From assembly GCA_007376135.1 (NCBI GenBank), contig VMFR01000001.1, forward strand, positions 452,360 through 516,359: a stretch of 64,000 nucleotides of DNA, in the 5' to 3' direction. Below, piece after piece: positions 1-8,197 of this stretch. Position numbers and translations under genes: made by a program. Within the stretch, counting starts at the first letter, position 1; each line of letters opens with the position of its first letter. The notes beneath the pieces were generated by a model that searched no databases, was not told the origin of the DNA, and saw nothing but the letters and a program-made list of their open reading frames with translations. Source of the stretch: Parcubacteria group bacterium Gr01-1014_31 (GTDB lineage: Bacteria; Patescibacteriota; Patescibacteriia; Buchananbacterales; GWA2-38-13).

Positions 1-44
1 GGCCACGACGGCGGAAGGCGGAACGAGGGACGTGCACATAGGGA

Positions 45-602
45 TCATTGCCGCAACGTGACGGTACTGGTCAAATCCAGCGACGCGTTACGGCTCGGGT
101 CGCCGCCGGGGTTCAAGGTCTGCATGGAGATCTCCAGCCGCACGCTCTCGGGGCTGCCGGGTCGCGTCATATCCGTGAACACCAGCGAAGTAACCGTTAC
201 CAGGTCACCGGTCAGAGCGACCGGGCTGCCGCCGCCGACCGCGGCGCGCAGAAAACGCACCTCCACATCGCCGCCGCCAATGCTTACCGTGGTGGTGGCC
301 GTGTCGAACAGGATATCGCGTGCCGTCCCCGGATAATCCAAGGACAGCACCCCGGGATGCACCCCGAACCTCGAGGCGCCGGTTTGCACGCCAGCTGCCC
401 CCCGCAGCTCCTCTTCCATCCTGCGCACTGCCAGATGCGCGTTCTGCTGGGCCTCCCGCAGGGCGGTGCTACTCACCTGTGCGGAAAGCACCTGCCACAG
501 CAGGTCGAACCCCGCGACCAAAACGACCGCCACCAAGGCAAGCGCCAGCGTCGCTTCCACCAGCGTGAACCCTGCACGCCGCGGCAATCGCTTAAAAATC
601 AT
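45..602 (-). CDS. type IV pilin-like / pseudopilin with prepilin-type N-terminal cleavage-methylation domain
   Basis: N-terminus RAGFTLVEATLALALVAVV (prepilin G-F-T-L-x-E motif plus hydrophobic helix). Overlaps the upstream gene by 11 nt. Confidence 0.6.
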   Translation of the reverse strand: MIFKRLPRRAGFTLVEATLALALVAVVLVAGFDLLWQVLSAQVSSTALREAQQNAHLAVRRMEEELRGAAGVQTGASRFGVHPGVLSLDYPGTARDILFDTATTTVSIGGGDVEVRFLRAAVGGGSPVALTGDLVTVTSLVFTDMTRPGSPESVRLEISMQTLNPGGDPSRNASLDLTSTVTLRQ

Positions 603-2478
603 AGAATACGCTCACGTCTTCAAGCACCGGGGCTACCGTCGGATCAAAGGTCTGCAGGTAGGCGCGTAACTGTATCCACCGCGCGCCGCTGGCTCCCGGG
701 TCAAGGGTGACGGTTTGCCCCGGGACGGTGTACGGCGCGCTGGCGGTCCCATCCACGCCGGCCCAGCGGGCGGCCGCAAGGTGGGCGGCGGTATCGGCGG
801 TGCGCAGCAGGAACTGCACCGTGCCGGTCCCTTGCCGGCTCCACTGCAGCGTGGTGTAGGCGGTCGTGCTGGTCTGGGTGTCGAACGGTGCCGACGTGAA
901 CGTGCCGCGCGGAGCAAAGGTCGCCGTCGCGCCCCCGCGGACGGCAGTTACTTCCGCCCCGTTGGCGCGCGAGATGGCGTAGGCGAACGCCCCATACGCG
1001 CATACGCTGTTGACCGTCGAAGAGCCGGCGAGATTGACGTTGCTTTGCGCCAGCGTGCCAAGATCGATGGCGACCAGTTCGCGGCTGCCAGCATCGGTCG
1101 CGACAAAGGCGTAACGCCCCTCCACCGCGACCTGCAGGGCGTTGGTGTCCAACTCCGCAACGCTCAACGGCGACGTCGGGATGGCGCCGGGCACCGTTGC
1201 ATCATAGACGTAAAACTCGGCGCCGCTGTCCTGGCGCTTGACGACGTACAACCGGTTGCCGACGGCCAGCACGTCGCTGGCATTCCCGTTGCCGCCGATG
1301 TTCAGCTGCTGCACCACGGCGTAGTCCGCCAAGCGTACGATCACGACCTCCTCGCTGTTCCCGTCGGTCGCCACATACGCGAAACGTCCGTCCGCAGAAA
1401 GCGCGACGGCGTTGCTATTAAACCCGATCTCGGCGGTACCCAATGGCGTTCCCGGCAGGCTGGCGGGTGTGGTGATATCAATGGCGAAGAATTCCGGGTC
1501 CCCGCCATCGGCATCGGTCACCAGGTAGGCGACCGTCCCGCTGGCAGTAACGTCGTTCGCATTCGCATTCGTGCCGGGCGTGTTCCAGGACGAAAGCTGA
1601 ACACCGTCGGACAACCGGGCGACCATCATTTCCTGCCCATTCTGGCTGGTCGCAAAGTAGGCGTGAGCCGCCTGCACCGCCAGTCCGTTGGCGTCCTCGC
1701 CGATCTCGGCGGTCGCCACGGCATACAGCGCGGTCGTGGTTGCGCTGATGTCGGCCAGGTCGTACCCATAGAGCTCCGGCCGACCGCTCCCGCGCGCGTC
1801 GGTCGCCACGTACAGCACGTCGGCAACCGGGTCAACGGTGCAGTCGCTGGCATCTTCGACGCCGCCGATATCGACGGTGTGCGCGCTGACTGCCGCAGCC
1901 CAGTTGCCCTCGGCCGCCAACTGTAATTCCCCGTCATCGGTGACGGTGACCTGCAGGCTGTTACGCCGGCCCGCCGTAAAATCCGCCGTAACGTCGTGCA
2001 GCCACCGCTTGAGCGACCACTGCGTCAGCAGGGTCGTGAGCGTTACCGACTGCGGCCCGCTCAGCGTCAACCAGCTGACCGCAGCGGTCACATACCGCGA
2101 CGAGGGATCTATGCTGGCGCCTGCGTCCGTCGCTTCGGCCAGCGCTCCGGTGCCGCCCGCAAGGCGGTAGACGGGCCCCACCTGGACCTTACGGGTGTAG
2201 CCGCCGACGGTTTCCTGGGTGCCGGAGAACGCCCACGCGCCGCCCCCGGCGGTCAATCCATGGTCGCCGACCGCGAGGTCGAGGAACCGATGGTCGCGGA
2301 TGCTCCGGGCCGCTTCCAACCCTTCCACGGCGAACGCCCGCGCCTGTAGCATCCTGCCCTGGCGCTGTTCATCGGTCGTTGCTCCAAGAGCGACGGTGAG
2401 AACCGCCGATGCGACCACGGTGAAAATGCCGAACGCCAGCAATGCCTCGATTGCGGAGAATCCCTTGCGCAGCGGCAT
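592..2478 (-). CDS. prepilin-type N-terminal domain protein fused to LVIVD-like repeat beta-propeller (putative pilus-associated adhesin)
   Basis: N-terminus KGFSAIEALLAFGIFTVV (prepilin-like). The body has about 7 repeats of [AL]Y[VL][AV]TDA..G...[VI].D[IL] resembling LVIVD repeats. Confidence 0.5.
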   Translation of the reverse strand: MPLRKGFSAIEALLAFGIFTVVASAVLTVALGATTDEQRQGRMLQARAFAVEGLEAARSIRDHRFLDLAVGDHGLTAGGGAWAFSGTQETVGGYTRKVQVGPVYRLAGGTGALAEATDAGASIDPSSRYVTAAVSWLTLSGPQSVTLTTLLTQWSLKRWLHDVTADFTAGRRNSLQVTVTDDGELQLAAEGNWAAAVSAHTVDIGGVEDASDCTVDPVADVLYVATDARGSGRPELYGYDLADISATTTALYAVATAEIGEDANGLAVQAAHAYFATSQNGQEMMVARLSDGVQLSSWNTPGTNANANDVTASGTVAYLVTDADGGDPEFFAIDITTPASLPGTPLGTAEIGFNSNAVALSADGRFAYVATDGNSEEVVIVRLADYAVVQQLNIGGNGNASDVLAVGNRLYVVKRQDSGAEFYVYDATVPGAIPTSPLSVAELDTNALQVAVEGRYAFVATDAGSRELVAIDLGTLAQSNVNLAGSSTVNSVCAYGAFAYAISRANGAEVTAVRGGATATFAPRGTFTSAPFDTQTSTTAYTTLQWSRQGTGTVQFLLRTADTAAHLAAARWAGVDGTASAPYTVPGQTVTLDPGASGARWIQLRAYLQTFDPTVAPVLEDVSVFYDF

Positions 2479-2488
2479 AGTCAGCAGG

Positions 2489-2971
2489 CTACGGCGCGTT
2501 GACCGCCCCGGCGGCGTTCACCCGCAGCTCAAAAGTCTTGCCCTCGCTACTACGCAGCGTGACGCTGCCGATGTTCCCGGTGGTTCCCCGGCCGCGCGAA
2601 AATACCACCGCATCGCCGCCCGCCACCAAAATGGCATCGTAGGCGACCGACGGCGGCAAAACCGTTACCTGGTCATACGCCGCGTCCCGGGTCGCGAAGC
2701 TCGCCCCGCGGAACAGTACGAAACGATCGCTGGCGGCATCATCAAAATGCACTCCCCAGGCGCTGGCGCCGTCGCCGGCCATGGCGCGCGCCTGCGCTTC
2801 CCGCACGACGGCGGCCAATTCCTGGGCGACGGTATCCAGCCCGCTTTGCGACTGCCAGTTGAAGAACAACGGGACGGCCAGGGCCGCCAAGGTGACCATC
2901 AGGCCCAGTACGACCAGCAGCTCAATGAAGGTAAAACCGAACGACGCTCGCAGCGGAGTCTTTGATTCCAT
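2489..2971 (-). CDS. type IV pilin (PilA/pseudopilin family)
   Basis: MESKTPLRASFGFTFIELLVVLGLM: canonical prepilin leader + GFTxIELLVV. Start trimmed to the internal ATG (the 43 upstream codons carry the promoter/terminator). Confidence 0.65.
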   Translation of the reverse strand: MESKTPLRASFGFTFIELLVVLGLMVTLAALAVPLFFNWQSQSGLDTVAQELAAVVREAQARAMAGDGASAWGVHFDDAASDRFVLFRGASFATRDAAYDQVTVLPPSVAYDAILVAGGDAVVFSRGRGTTGNIGSVTLRSSEGKTFELRVNAAGAVNAP

Positions 2972-2990
2972 AGCGACGAAAATCGATTTG

Positions 2991-2999
2991 ATTATACCA
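2991..2999 (-). promoter_or_regulatory. extended -10 element TGGTATAAT upstream of pilin gene
   Basis: Minus strand reads TTTGTGGTATAAT about 20 nt upstream of the pilin ATG. The same CGGTTTGTGGTATAAT motif recurs at 4951-4959 upstream of the FG-GAP gene. Confidence 0.45.
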
Positions 3000-3030
3000 C
3001 AAAACCGCTGCCGCGATCCGCGGCAGCGGT
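3000..3030 (-). terminator. rho-independent terminator after FG-GAP/dockerin gene
   Basis: Perfect 12-bp inverted repeat ACCGCTGCCGCG atc CGCGGCAGCGGT followed by TTTT on the minus strand. The T-tract runs into the -10 box of the next gene. Confidence 0.6.
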
Positions 3031-3059
3031 TCAAGAAAGGCTTCGCGTCCAAAAAACGG

Positions 3060-4925
3060 TCAGTAGGCTTCGCACCCCAGCCTGTCGCTGGTCGGGTCAA
3101 CCCCCAAGGATGCCCCGGGGTACGGCGGCCGTGCGCCCCCCAGCAGCTGGAAACGGTTGATGAAATCCGCGTCCTTGAGATCCTTGACCCCGTCGTCGTT
3201 GGCGTCCATCGCGTCGTCGCAGTTCGGATACACGTAGCACAGCCCCTGGTTGACCTTGCACTGGAGGGAATTTGGCTGCTCGCAGCCGGGCGCGGCCGAC
3301 AGGCACGTCACGTGGTCTTTCACCGACTGTCCGTCGGCAATATCCACGCGGCCGTCGTGGTTGGCGTCGCCGCGGATGAACGCCACATCGGTGTGATTGG
3401 TATTGCCGAGGGCATACCCCGGCTGTGCCGCCGGCATCGCGTTGACCGCCTTGCTGTACGGGAACGTATACACCTGAACATTAAGCCGTCCCCGGGTGGT
3501 TCCATAATCAGAACGGAAATAATCAACGACGACTTCAAGCGTGCGGTCGCGGTTTAAATCGGCCACGGCGACACCGACGAGCGCGGAGTAGACAGGTGAT
3601 TGCCAGATCGCCACGCCGCGCTGGTCGAAAATAACGACTCGGGTCTCATCCATGCTCCCGACCGATTTTCGCACGATTGCGATCACCTCTTCGGCCGGCC
3701 CATCATCCATGTTGTGCAGTCCAACAATGGACACTCTATCTGCGGCGCCGTAACGCACCGTCAGCTGCGGCTGGCCGCTCAAAGAGAACGACTTTACGGT
3801 ATTATGGCCATCAGTGACTACTATTGCGTTGTTATGGACGACTGGGCGGCCAATTACCTCATCGTAGGTCGGCGTAATAGCGGCGACCCATAACGGGGTG
3901 CCATCCTGATCGAGGGCAACAAGCCTCCCATCGTCGTCGACATAGACCAACTCGGTATACAAATCGCTGTCGACGTTCGCCACAGCAACCTCGGACGACG
4001 CACCGCTGCGGCTCCACAGTCTTTTCCCGTTACCATCAATGACAAAGAACGTTGAGAGATTATTCGCAACGATCTGATGCCGCCGGCTTTCCACATCCTG
4101 CAGCTGAGCGGCGACGGGGGCGATCGACCCGCCGGCAAACTCCCAGATCTGCGCTCCTTCAGGGCTGAACGCCACAGTTTTCTGACGTTCAGGGTTACCA
4201 TTGGTAGCGACAACTTCCAAACGGTCATCACCGTCTAAATCCATGACGACCGGTATCAGATACGAGCCCCCCGCCGACCAAAGTTTTCGCCCGCTGGCAC
4301 CGTCCAGCGCCACCAACCCGGCATTCGTAGTGCCAAATGCGGCGTACACCACCTCCTGCGTGCCATTGCGGTCAAGGTCGGCGACCACCGGAGAACGGTA
4401 CACGGCCCGGCCGATGGCGTCCGCACGCCACAACTCACGGCCATTGGAAGAGATCACCACGAGCTCATACTGGTCGGATTCGCCCGCCAGGAGCACTTCG
4501 AGCTGTCCATCGCCGTTCACATCCGCGACCACCGGGTGCGGGGAGTACACCGAGCTGCCATCGGCACCCTGGAAAGACCACAATGGCCGAGCCACTTCCT
4601 GGCAGCTCGCGGTGCAACCCACGCCCGGCGGGTCGCACTGCTCGCTTCCCTCCACCAGACCATTGCCGCACACGGCCGTGTTCACGTTGACGTTGGTATT
4701 GCCGAAGTTGGTGATGGTGCCGTAGTTCAGCCCGCTATTCACCGCGGTTCCAAGCGAAGCCATCCGGAAACGGCCGGGATATAAGCCCTTGGCCACGTTG
4801 ACACCCAGCAGCGCCGCATAAAATCCGCCGGCCACGGGCAGCACCGTCAACGCAACGAGGGTCAAAAATGCGGTTGCGACAACTGGCTTGGTGCCGGTCT
4901 GCGTTTCCAAGAATGGACGTAGCAT
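3060..4925 (-). CDS. secreted FG-GAP repeat protein with N-terminal Cys-rich repeat and C-terminal dockerin-like Ca-binding repeats
   Basis: Motifs DLDGDDRLEVV and DLNRDRTLEVVVD (FG-GAP). C-terminus has DANHDGRVDIADGQ and DANDDGVKDLKDAD (dockerin-like DxNxDGxxxxxD x2). VCGNGLVEGSEQCD is a Cys-rich repeat. The track start 4952 lies inside the putative -10 box, so the start is placed at the internal ATG at 4925. Confidence 0.5.
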   Translation of the reverse strand: MLRPFLETQTGTKPVVATAFLTLVALTVLPVAGGFYAALLGVNVAKGLYPGRFRMASLGTAVNSGLNYGTITNFGNTNVNVNTAVCGNGLVEGSEQCDPPGVGCTASCQEVARPLWSFQGADGSSVYSPHPVVADVNGDGQLEVLLAGESDQYELVVISSNGRELWRADAIGRAVYRSPVVADLDRNGTQEVVYAAFGTTNAGLVALDGASGRKLWSAGGSYLIPVVMDLDGDDRLEVVATNGNPERQKTVAFSPEGAQIWEFAGGSIAPVAAQLQDVESRRHQIVANNLSTFFVIDGNGKRLWSRSGASSEVAVANVDSDLYTELVYVDDDGRLVALDQDGTPLWVAAITPTYDEVIGRPVVHNNAIVVTDGHNTVKSFSLSGQPQLTVRYGAADRVSIVGLHNMDDGPAEEVIAIVRKSVGSMDETRVVIFDQRGVAIWQSPVYSALVGVAVADLNRDRTLEVVVDYFRSDYGTTRGRLNVQVYTFPYSKAVNAMPAAQPGYALGNTNHTDVAFIRGDANHDGRVDIADGQSVKDHVTCLSAAPGCEQPNSLQCKVNQGLCYVYPNCDDAMDANDDGVKDLKDADFINRFQLLGGARPPYPGASLGVDPTSDRLGCEAY

Positions 4926-4950
4926 AAACAAAATGGTTAACCTTGGCGAC

Positions 4951-4959
4951 ATTATACCA
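4951..4959 (-). promoter_or_regulatory. extended -10 element TGGTATAAT upstream of FG-GAP gene
   Basis: GGTTTGTGGTATAAT on the minus strand, about 25 nt upstream of ATG 4925. Shares the motif with the pilin promoter. Confidence 0.4.
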
Positions 4960-5023
4960 CAAACCGCACCCCCCCAACTACCCCCGCGATAAACGAAAAA
5001 GACCCGGCATCACTGGGTGCTTT

Positions 5024-5054
5024 TTCCATGGCGGGGGCGGTAGGAATCGAAGTC
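5024..5054 (-). pseudogene. 31-nt exact duplicate of the tRNA-Trp 3' end (T-loop/acceptor + 6-nt trailer); tRNA fragment
   Basis: tttttccatggcgggggcggtaggaatcgaa is identical to 5226-5256. The upstream T-stem partner is not conserved (ACGAC vs CCTAC), so it is not a functional tRNA. Confidence 0.6.
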
Positions 5055-5202
5055 GTCGATCCAATAGATCTTCTCCTCATAGGGGCTTCCGCCCCTCTGG
5101 CGTTCGTCCCGCAATAGGCGGAACGAACGGTCACCCCCGGCAATGCGAGGGAGCTACGCTCCCCCGCCACCCCCCTCGTTCGATCCCTCAATTCTTTCAC
5201 GC

Positions 5203-5231
5203 GAAAAAATATCCCTTCAGGGATATTTTTT
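5203..5231 (-). terminator. rho-independent terminator downstream of tRNA-Trp
   Basis: AAAAAATATCCCT tca GGGATATTTTTT: perfect 13-bp palindromic hairpin flanked by A/T runs. Confidence 0.7.
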
Positions 5232-5234
5232 CCA

Positions 5235-5308
5235 TGGCGGGGGCGGTAGGAATCGAACCCACGCAAACGGTTTTGGAGACCGCTGTACTACCATTATACG
5301 ACGCCCCC
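5235..5308 (-). tRNA. trnW: tRNA-Trp (anticodon CCA)
   Basis: Hand-folded. Acceptor GGGGGCG/CGCCCCC, D-stem GTAT/GTAC, anticodon stem GCGGT/ACCGT, loop CUCCAAA, T-arm GTGGG-TTCGATT-CCTAC, discriminator G, CCA encoded. Resembles E. coli tRNA-Trp. Confidence 0.85.
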
Positions 5309-5330
5309 GCGGCCGCTTACGCGGTCGTCC

Positions 5331-5486
5331 CTATTTGGTTTCCTTGTGCCCGGTGTGCTTGCGGCAGTGCTCGCAGTACTTGCGCAGCTGGAGACGGTTC
5401 TTCAGCGTCTTTTTGTTCTTGCGCGAGTAGTAGTTGACGCGACGACAGTCGACGCACTCGAGTTTGATGAGATTGTCTTGGCTCAT
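5331..5486 (-). CDS. rpmG: 50S ribosomal protein L33
   Basis: 51-aa ORF MSQDNLIKLECVDCRRVNYYSRKNKKTLKNRLQLRKYCEHCRKHTGHKETK, C4 zinc-ribbon L33 signature. Below the 60-aa cutoff of the ORF track. Confidence 0.85.
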   Translation of the reverse strand: MSQDNLIKLECVDCRRVNYYSRKNKKTLKNRLQLRKYCEHCRKHTGHKETK

Positions 5487-5500
5487 AAGAATCTTGGATC

Positions 5501-5572
5501 AGCTGGGGGTGGGGGTCGAACCCACAACCTATAGTTTACAAAACTATTGCTCTACCATTGAGCTACCCCAGC
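5501..5572 (-). tRNA. tRNA-Thr (anticodon TGT)
   Basis: Acceptor GCTGGGG/CCCCAGC, D-arm GCTC-AATGGTA-GAGC, anticodon stem ATAGT/ACTAT with loop TTTGTAA, T-arm GTGGG-TTCGACC-CCCAC. No encoded CCA. Confidence 0.8.
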
Positions 5573-5654
5573 AAACTCGTCTGGTGAGTGAATAGCGCGC
5601 CCGCAAGGCGTGGTTTCGTTTTGTTAAGTGCGTGTTGTGTTTACTCAAGAGGAC

Positions 5655-5741
5655 TGGTGGGCAGGCCAGGATTCGAACCTGGGTAGCCATTACGGCGCCT
5701 GATTTACAGTCAGGTGCAATTGACCGCTCTGCCACCTGCCC
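5655..5741 (-). tRNA. tRNA-Tyr (anticodon GTA), long variable arm
   Basis: GGGCAGG...GCAG-AGCGGTCAATT-GC, anticodon loop CTGTAAA, variable arm of 16 nt, T-arm CAGG-TTCGAAT-CCTGG, CCA encoded. Confidence 0.85.
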
Positions 5742-5744
5742 AAG

Positions 5745-5987
5745 TTAACCATGAACCGTCCTCCGGAATGCCTCGCCGCCCTTATAACTCTTTAACTGCA
5801 TTTCGCGACGGTACGCTGCGGCTTTTGTTTCAAAGAATTCCTTGTAGACCATGATCCACGGTCGCCAAGCCTTGGTCGACCGCACCTCGCCGCAGTTATG
5901 CTGACTGAGGCGTGTCCGCCAGTCTGCGGCATGACCGATGTAATGCCGGCCATTCTGGGAACTCTGCAACACATATACCCAGCTCAT
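5745..5987 (-). CDS. GIY-YIG nuclease family protein (UPF0213/YhbQ-like, stand-alone URI domain)
   Basis: MSWVYVLQSSQNGRHYIGHAADWRTRLSQHNCGE...WRPWIMVYKEFFETKAAAYRREMQLKSYKG matches the GIY-YIG core. GAGGGG Shine-Dalgarno sequence lies 6 nt upstream of the ATG. Confidence 0.7.
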   Translation of the reverse strand: MSWVYVLQSSQNGRHYIGHAADWRTRLSQHNCGEVRSTKAWRPWIMVYKEFFETKAAAYRREMQLKSYKGGEAFRRTVHG

Positions 5988-6078
5988 ATGGCCCCTCATC
6001 ATTGGGGAGGTCGGGTGCAATTTCCCGCCACCGAAATTTTCTTACCTAAGGTAGGCGGGACCCCGCCGAAGGCGGTGG

Positions 6079-6099
6079 GACCGCTCTGCCACCTGCCCA
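6079..6099 (-). pseudogene. 21-nt exact duplicate of the tRNA-Tyr 5' end (acceptor + D-stem); tRNA fragment
   Basis: gaccgctctgccacctgccca is identical to 5722-5742. Downstream sequence diverges into GC hairpins, so there is no complete cloverleaf. Confidence 0.6.
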
Positions 6100-6165
6100 C
6101 GGCGTGTGGTGGTAAAAGTACAGCGTCGGAGGGTTCCCCTCCGCCACTCGACTGAAGCCGTTGGT

Positions 6166-6220
6166 CGGATCTGAACCGGCGACCTACTCCTTACCCATAC
6201 TAGCACACCCCCCTGCCATC
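6166..6220 (-). pseudogene. degenerate copy of the 3' half of tRNA-Thr(GGT)
   Basis: About 45 nt matches tRNA-Thr(GGT) from the anticodon loop to the acceptor with 3-4 substitutions (TTCGAAT->TTCAGAT, GTCGG->GCCGG). The 5' half is unrelated. Confidence 0.5.
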
Positions 6221-6225
6221 GCCTT

Positions 6226-6298
6226 AGCCGTTGGTCGGATTCGAACCGACGACCTACTCCTTACCATGGAGTTGCTCTACCAACTGAGCTACAACGGC
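6226..6298 (-). tRNA. tRNA-Thr (anticodon GGT)
   Basis: Acceptor GCCGTTG/CAACGGC, D-arm AGCTCAGTTGGTAGAGC, anticodon stem ACTCC/GGAGT with loop ATGGTAA, T-arm GTCGG-TTCGAAT-CCGAC. Confidence 0.85.
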
Positions 6299-6305
6299 TT
6301 AGGTA

Positions 6306-6376
6306 ATGGCAGGGAGAGTTGTCTCCCTGCGGGAGATCACCCGAAGGGTGACTCTGCCAGCTGAGCTCCAACGGCA
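6306..6376 (-). ncRNA. tRNA-Thr 5'-half-like sequence fused to a GC-rich multi-hairpin element with mutually exclusive folds
   Basis: Minus strand starts GCCGTTGGAGCTCAGCTGGCAGAG (21/24 nt match to the tRNA-Thr 5' end), then CACCC-UUCG-GGUGA (UUCG tetraloop hairpin) and UCUCCC-GCA-GGGAGA. On the plus strand there is an alternative 9-bp hairpin GCAGGGAGA-GTTG-TCTCCCTGC. Confidence 0.35.
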
Positions 6377-6419
6377 CTGGACGACTGGCGGGGTCGGGAG
6401 GACAAAAAAGACTCCTGGA

Positions 6420-7256
6420 TTAGCGGAGCTCATCGATCTGCTGGCGCAAATCCTGGAGCTTGGCATTGTCCGGGTCGGCTGCCTTCAGCGCCTGCCAGGT
6501 CTTGTCGGCCAACGATCGGTCTTTCACTAGAATACTGATTTTTAGCAAAAAGTCAAGCATTCGCGGGTTGTCCGCATCGGCCGCCACGGCCTTCCTTGCA
6601 TTCTGCAGCGCCTGCGCCAGCTGCCCCAGTTCCTGGAACACCATGGCGAGATTCTGGTAGCACGCGGCCAGGCGCTGGGCCTGTCCCGCCTCCTTGGGCT
6701 GTACGGCCGCCAGGCGGCTGGCGCCGCGGCGCAGAAGTTTAACCAGGTAGGTGAACACCTCGCGCGCCTTGGCGAATTCCTTGGTCTCCAGATAAAGGTC
6801 GCCCAGCATTTCGTAGGCAGCAACATGGTGCTGGTTCAAGCCGATGGCCTTGATCAGGTGGTCTTCCGCCGCCGCGAAATCACCGCCTGAGCGCAGGCGC
6901 TGTGCATCCTGGATCAAGGCGGCAAGCGTACCGGTCAGGTCGCCGCTCGGCACCGGTTCGGGTTTGGGGCGCTGGTAACGCTGCTCCAGGTCCAATATCC
7001 GCCGGTACCTGCGCTTGACGAACCGCAGCAGGGCGGAAACGACCGGACGGCAAACGGCGGAAAGCCAGCGGCCAAACCCCTGCAACCGACGCCGCAGACG
7101 GTCGGCCAATAACCGCTGCTTCAGACGCAGTTCGCGTTCCGCCGGGATGGACGCGACATCCACACTCCTGGCCTGCGGGAGCTTGCGGCCCATGATCAAC
7201 AACACCACGGTCACGCTGACCAACAGCACGAAGATCGGAATGAGATCGTAGGCCAT
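6420..7256 (-). CDS. TPR repeat-containing membrane-anchored protein
   Basis: N-terminal TM helix. C-terminal half has TPR-like helical repeats (AYEMLGDLYLETKEFAKAREVF..., AACYQNLAMVFQELGQLAQALQNARKAV...). Confidence 0.5.
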   Translation of the reverse strand: MAYDLIPIFVLLVSVTVVLLIMGRKLPQARSVDVASIPAERELRLKQRLLADRLRRRLQGFGRWLSAVCRPVVSALLRFVKRRYRRILDLEQRYQRPKPEPVPSGDLTGTLAALIQDAQRLRSGGDFAAAEDHLIKAIGLNQHHVAAYEMLGDLYLETKEFAKAREVFTYLVKLLRRGASRLAAVQPKEAGQAQRLAACYQNLAMVFQELGQLAQALQNARKAVAADADNPRMLDFLLKISILVKDRSLADKTWQALKAADPDNAKLQDLRQQIDELR

Positions 7257-7315
7257 ACTTGCCGAAGTAACAAAATCGAGCGGCTCCCCTCCGCGCCGCC
7301 CCCAAGGGGCTTTCT

Positions 7316-8197
7316 CTAGCGGGATCTCGACACTGCCCGCCCGGCGCTGCCGAACACCTTTAATTTCCCTTCCACCACACGCTGCACGGCGAGCGTCGCC
7401 GGACCCAGGTAGGTACGAAGATCATACTGGCCGCGCTGCTTCCCCAGCGTGCGCCGCAACGACTGGGTAAACGCGATCCTCAACTCGGTATCCACGTTGA
7501 TGATGCGAATACCCCGCCGGACAGCGGCGCGGATCTGTACGGGCGCGACGCCCGATCCGCCGTGCAACACTAGGGGTACCTTGGCGACTTTAGCAATGGC
7601 CGAGATCCGCGGCAGGTCCAGCCGTTCACGGCCGCGGAACGCCCCGTGCAGGGTGCCCACCGACACCGCCAGTGTGTCCACGCCGGTCGCGCGCAGATAT
7701 TCGGCCACACCCGCGGGGTCGGTCAGATATTGGCGCGCTGCGGCAACGCCGCGCAATTTCGTCAGACCCTCCTTGCCGAAGATCACGCCCAGCTCGCCCT
7801 GCACCCACACCCCGGCCCGATGGGCGTAATCAACGGCCTGGTGGGTAGCGGCGATATTGTTCTCCAGCGGCTGCTCGCTGGCGTCGATATGCACGGAAGA
7901 AAACCCGGCATCCACGCACTCGCGTACCGCGGCGAAACTGCGGCCATGGTCGAAATGCAACGCTACCGGCACGTCCCCACCGACATGCCGAGAAACCGTC
8001 CGGATGACATCCGCGATCGGTTTGAGCTCGGCGTACTTGATGGTCTTTTCGGAGATCTGCACGATAACCGGCGACCGCAGATTGACGGCGGCGCGCACGA
8101 TCGCCAACGTCACCTCAAGGTTGACGGTATTGAACGCGCCCACGGCGTAGCGGCGCCGCACGGCGTCCTGCATGATGTCCTTAAGCGGTACCAGCAT
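7316..8197 (-). CDS. fbaA: class II fructose-1,6-bisphosphate aldolase
   Basis: Motifs VALHFDHG and LVLHGGSG, with GAFN at the N-terminus. Start trimmed to MLVPLKDIMQD (the ATG directly abuts an inverted-repeat element). Confidence 0.85.
   Translation of the reverse strand: MLVPLKDIMQDAVRRRYAVGAFNTVNLEVTLAIVRAAVNLRSPVIVQISEKTIKYAELKPIADVIRTVSRHVGGDVPVALHFDHGRSFAAVRECVDAGFSSVHIDASEQPLENNIAATHQAVDYAHRAGVWVQGELGVIFGKEGLTKLRGVAAARQYLTDPAGVAEYLRATGVDTLAVSVGTLHGAFRGRERLDLPRISAIAKVAKVPLVLHGGSGVAPVQIRAAVRRGIRIINVDTELRIAFTQSLRRTLGKQRGQYDLRTYLGPATLAVQRVVEGKLKVFGSAGRAVSRSR

Noticed and set aside
5028-5310. tRNA-Trp containing a group I intron, or split tRNA halves joined in trans
   Set aside because: The downstream tRNA-Trp (5235-5308) is complete and folds by itself. 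In the upstream fragment the T-stem partner (ACGAC) cannot pair with CCTAC, and the intervening 170 nt is far too short for a group I intron core. No complementary leader/trailer pairing that would support trans-joining was found.
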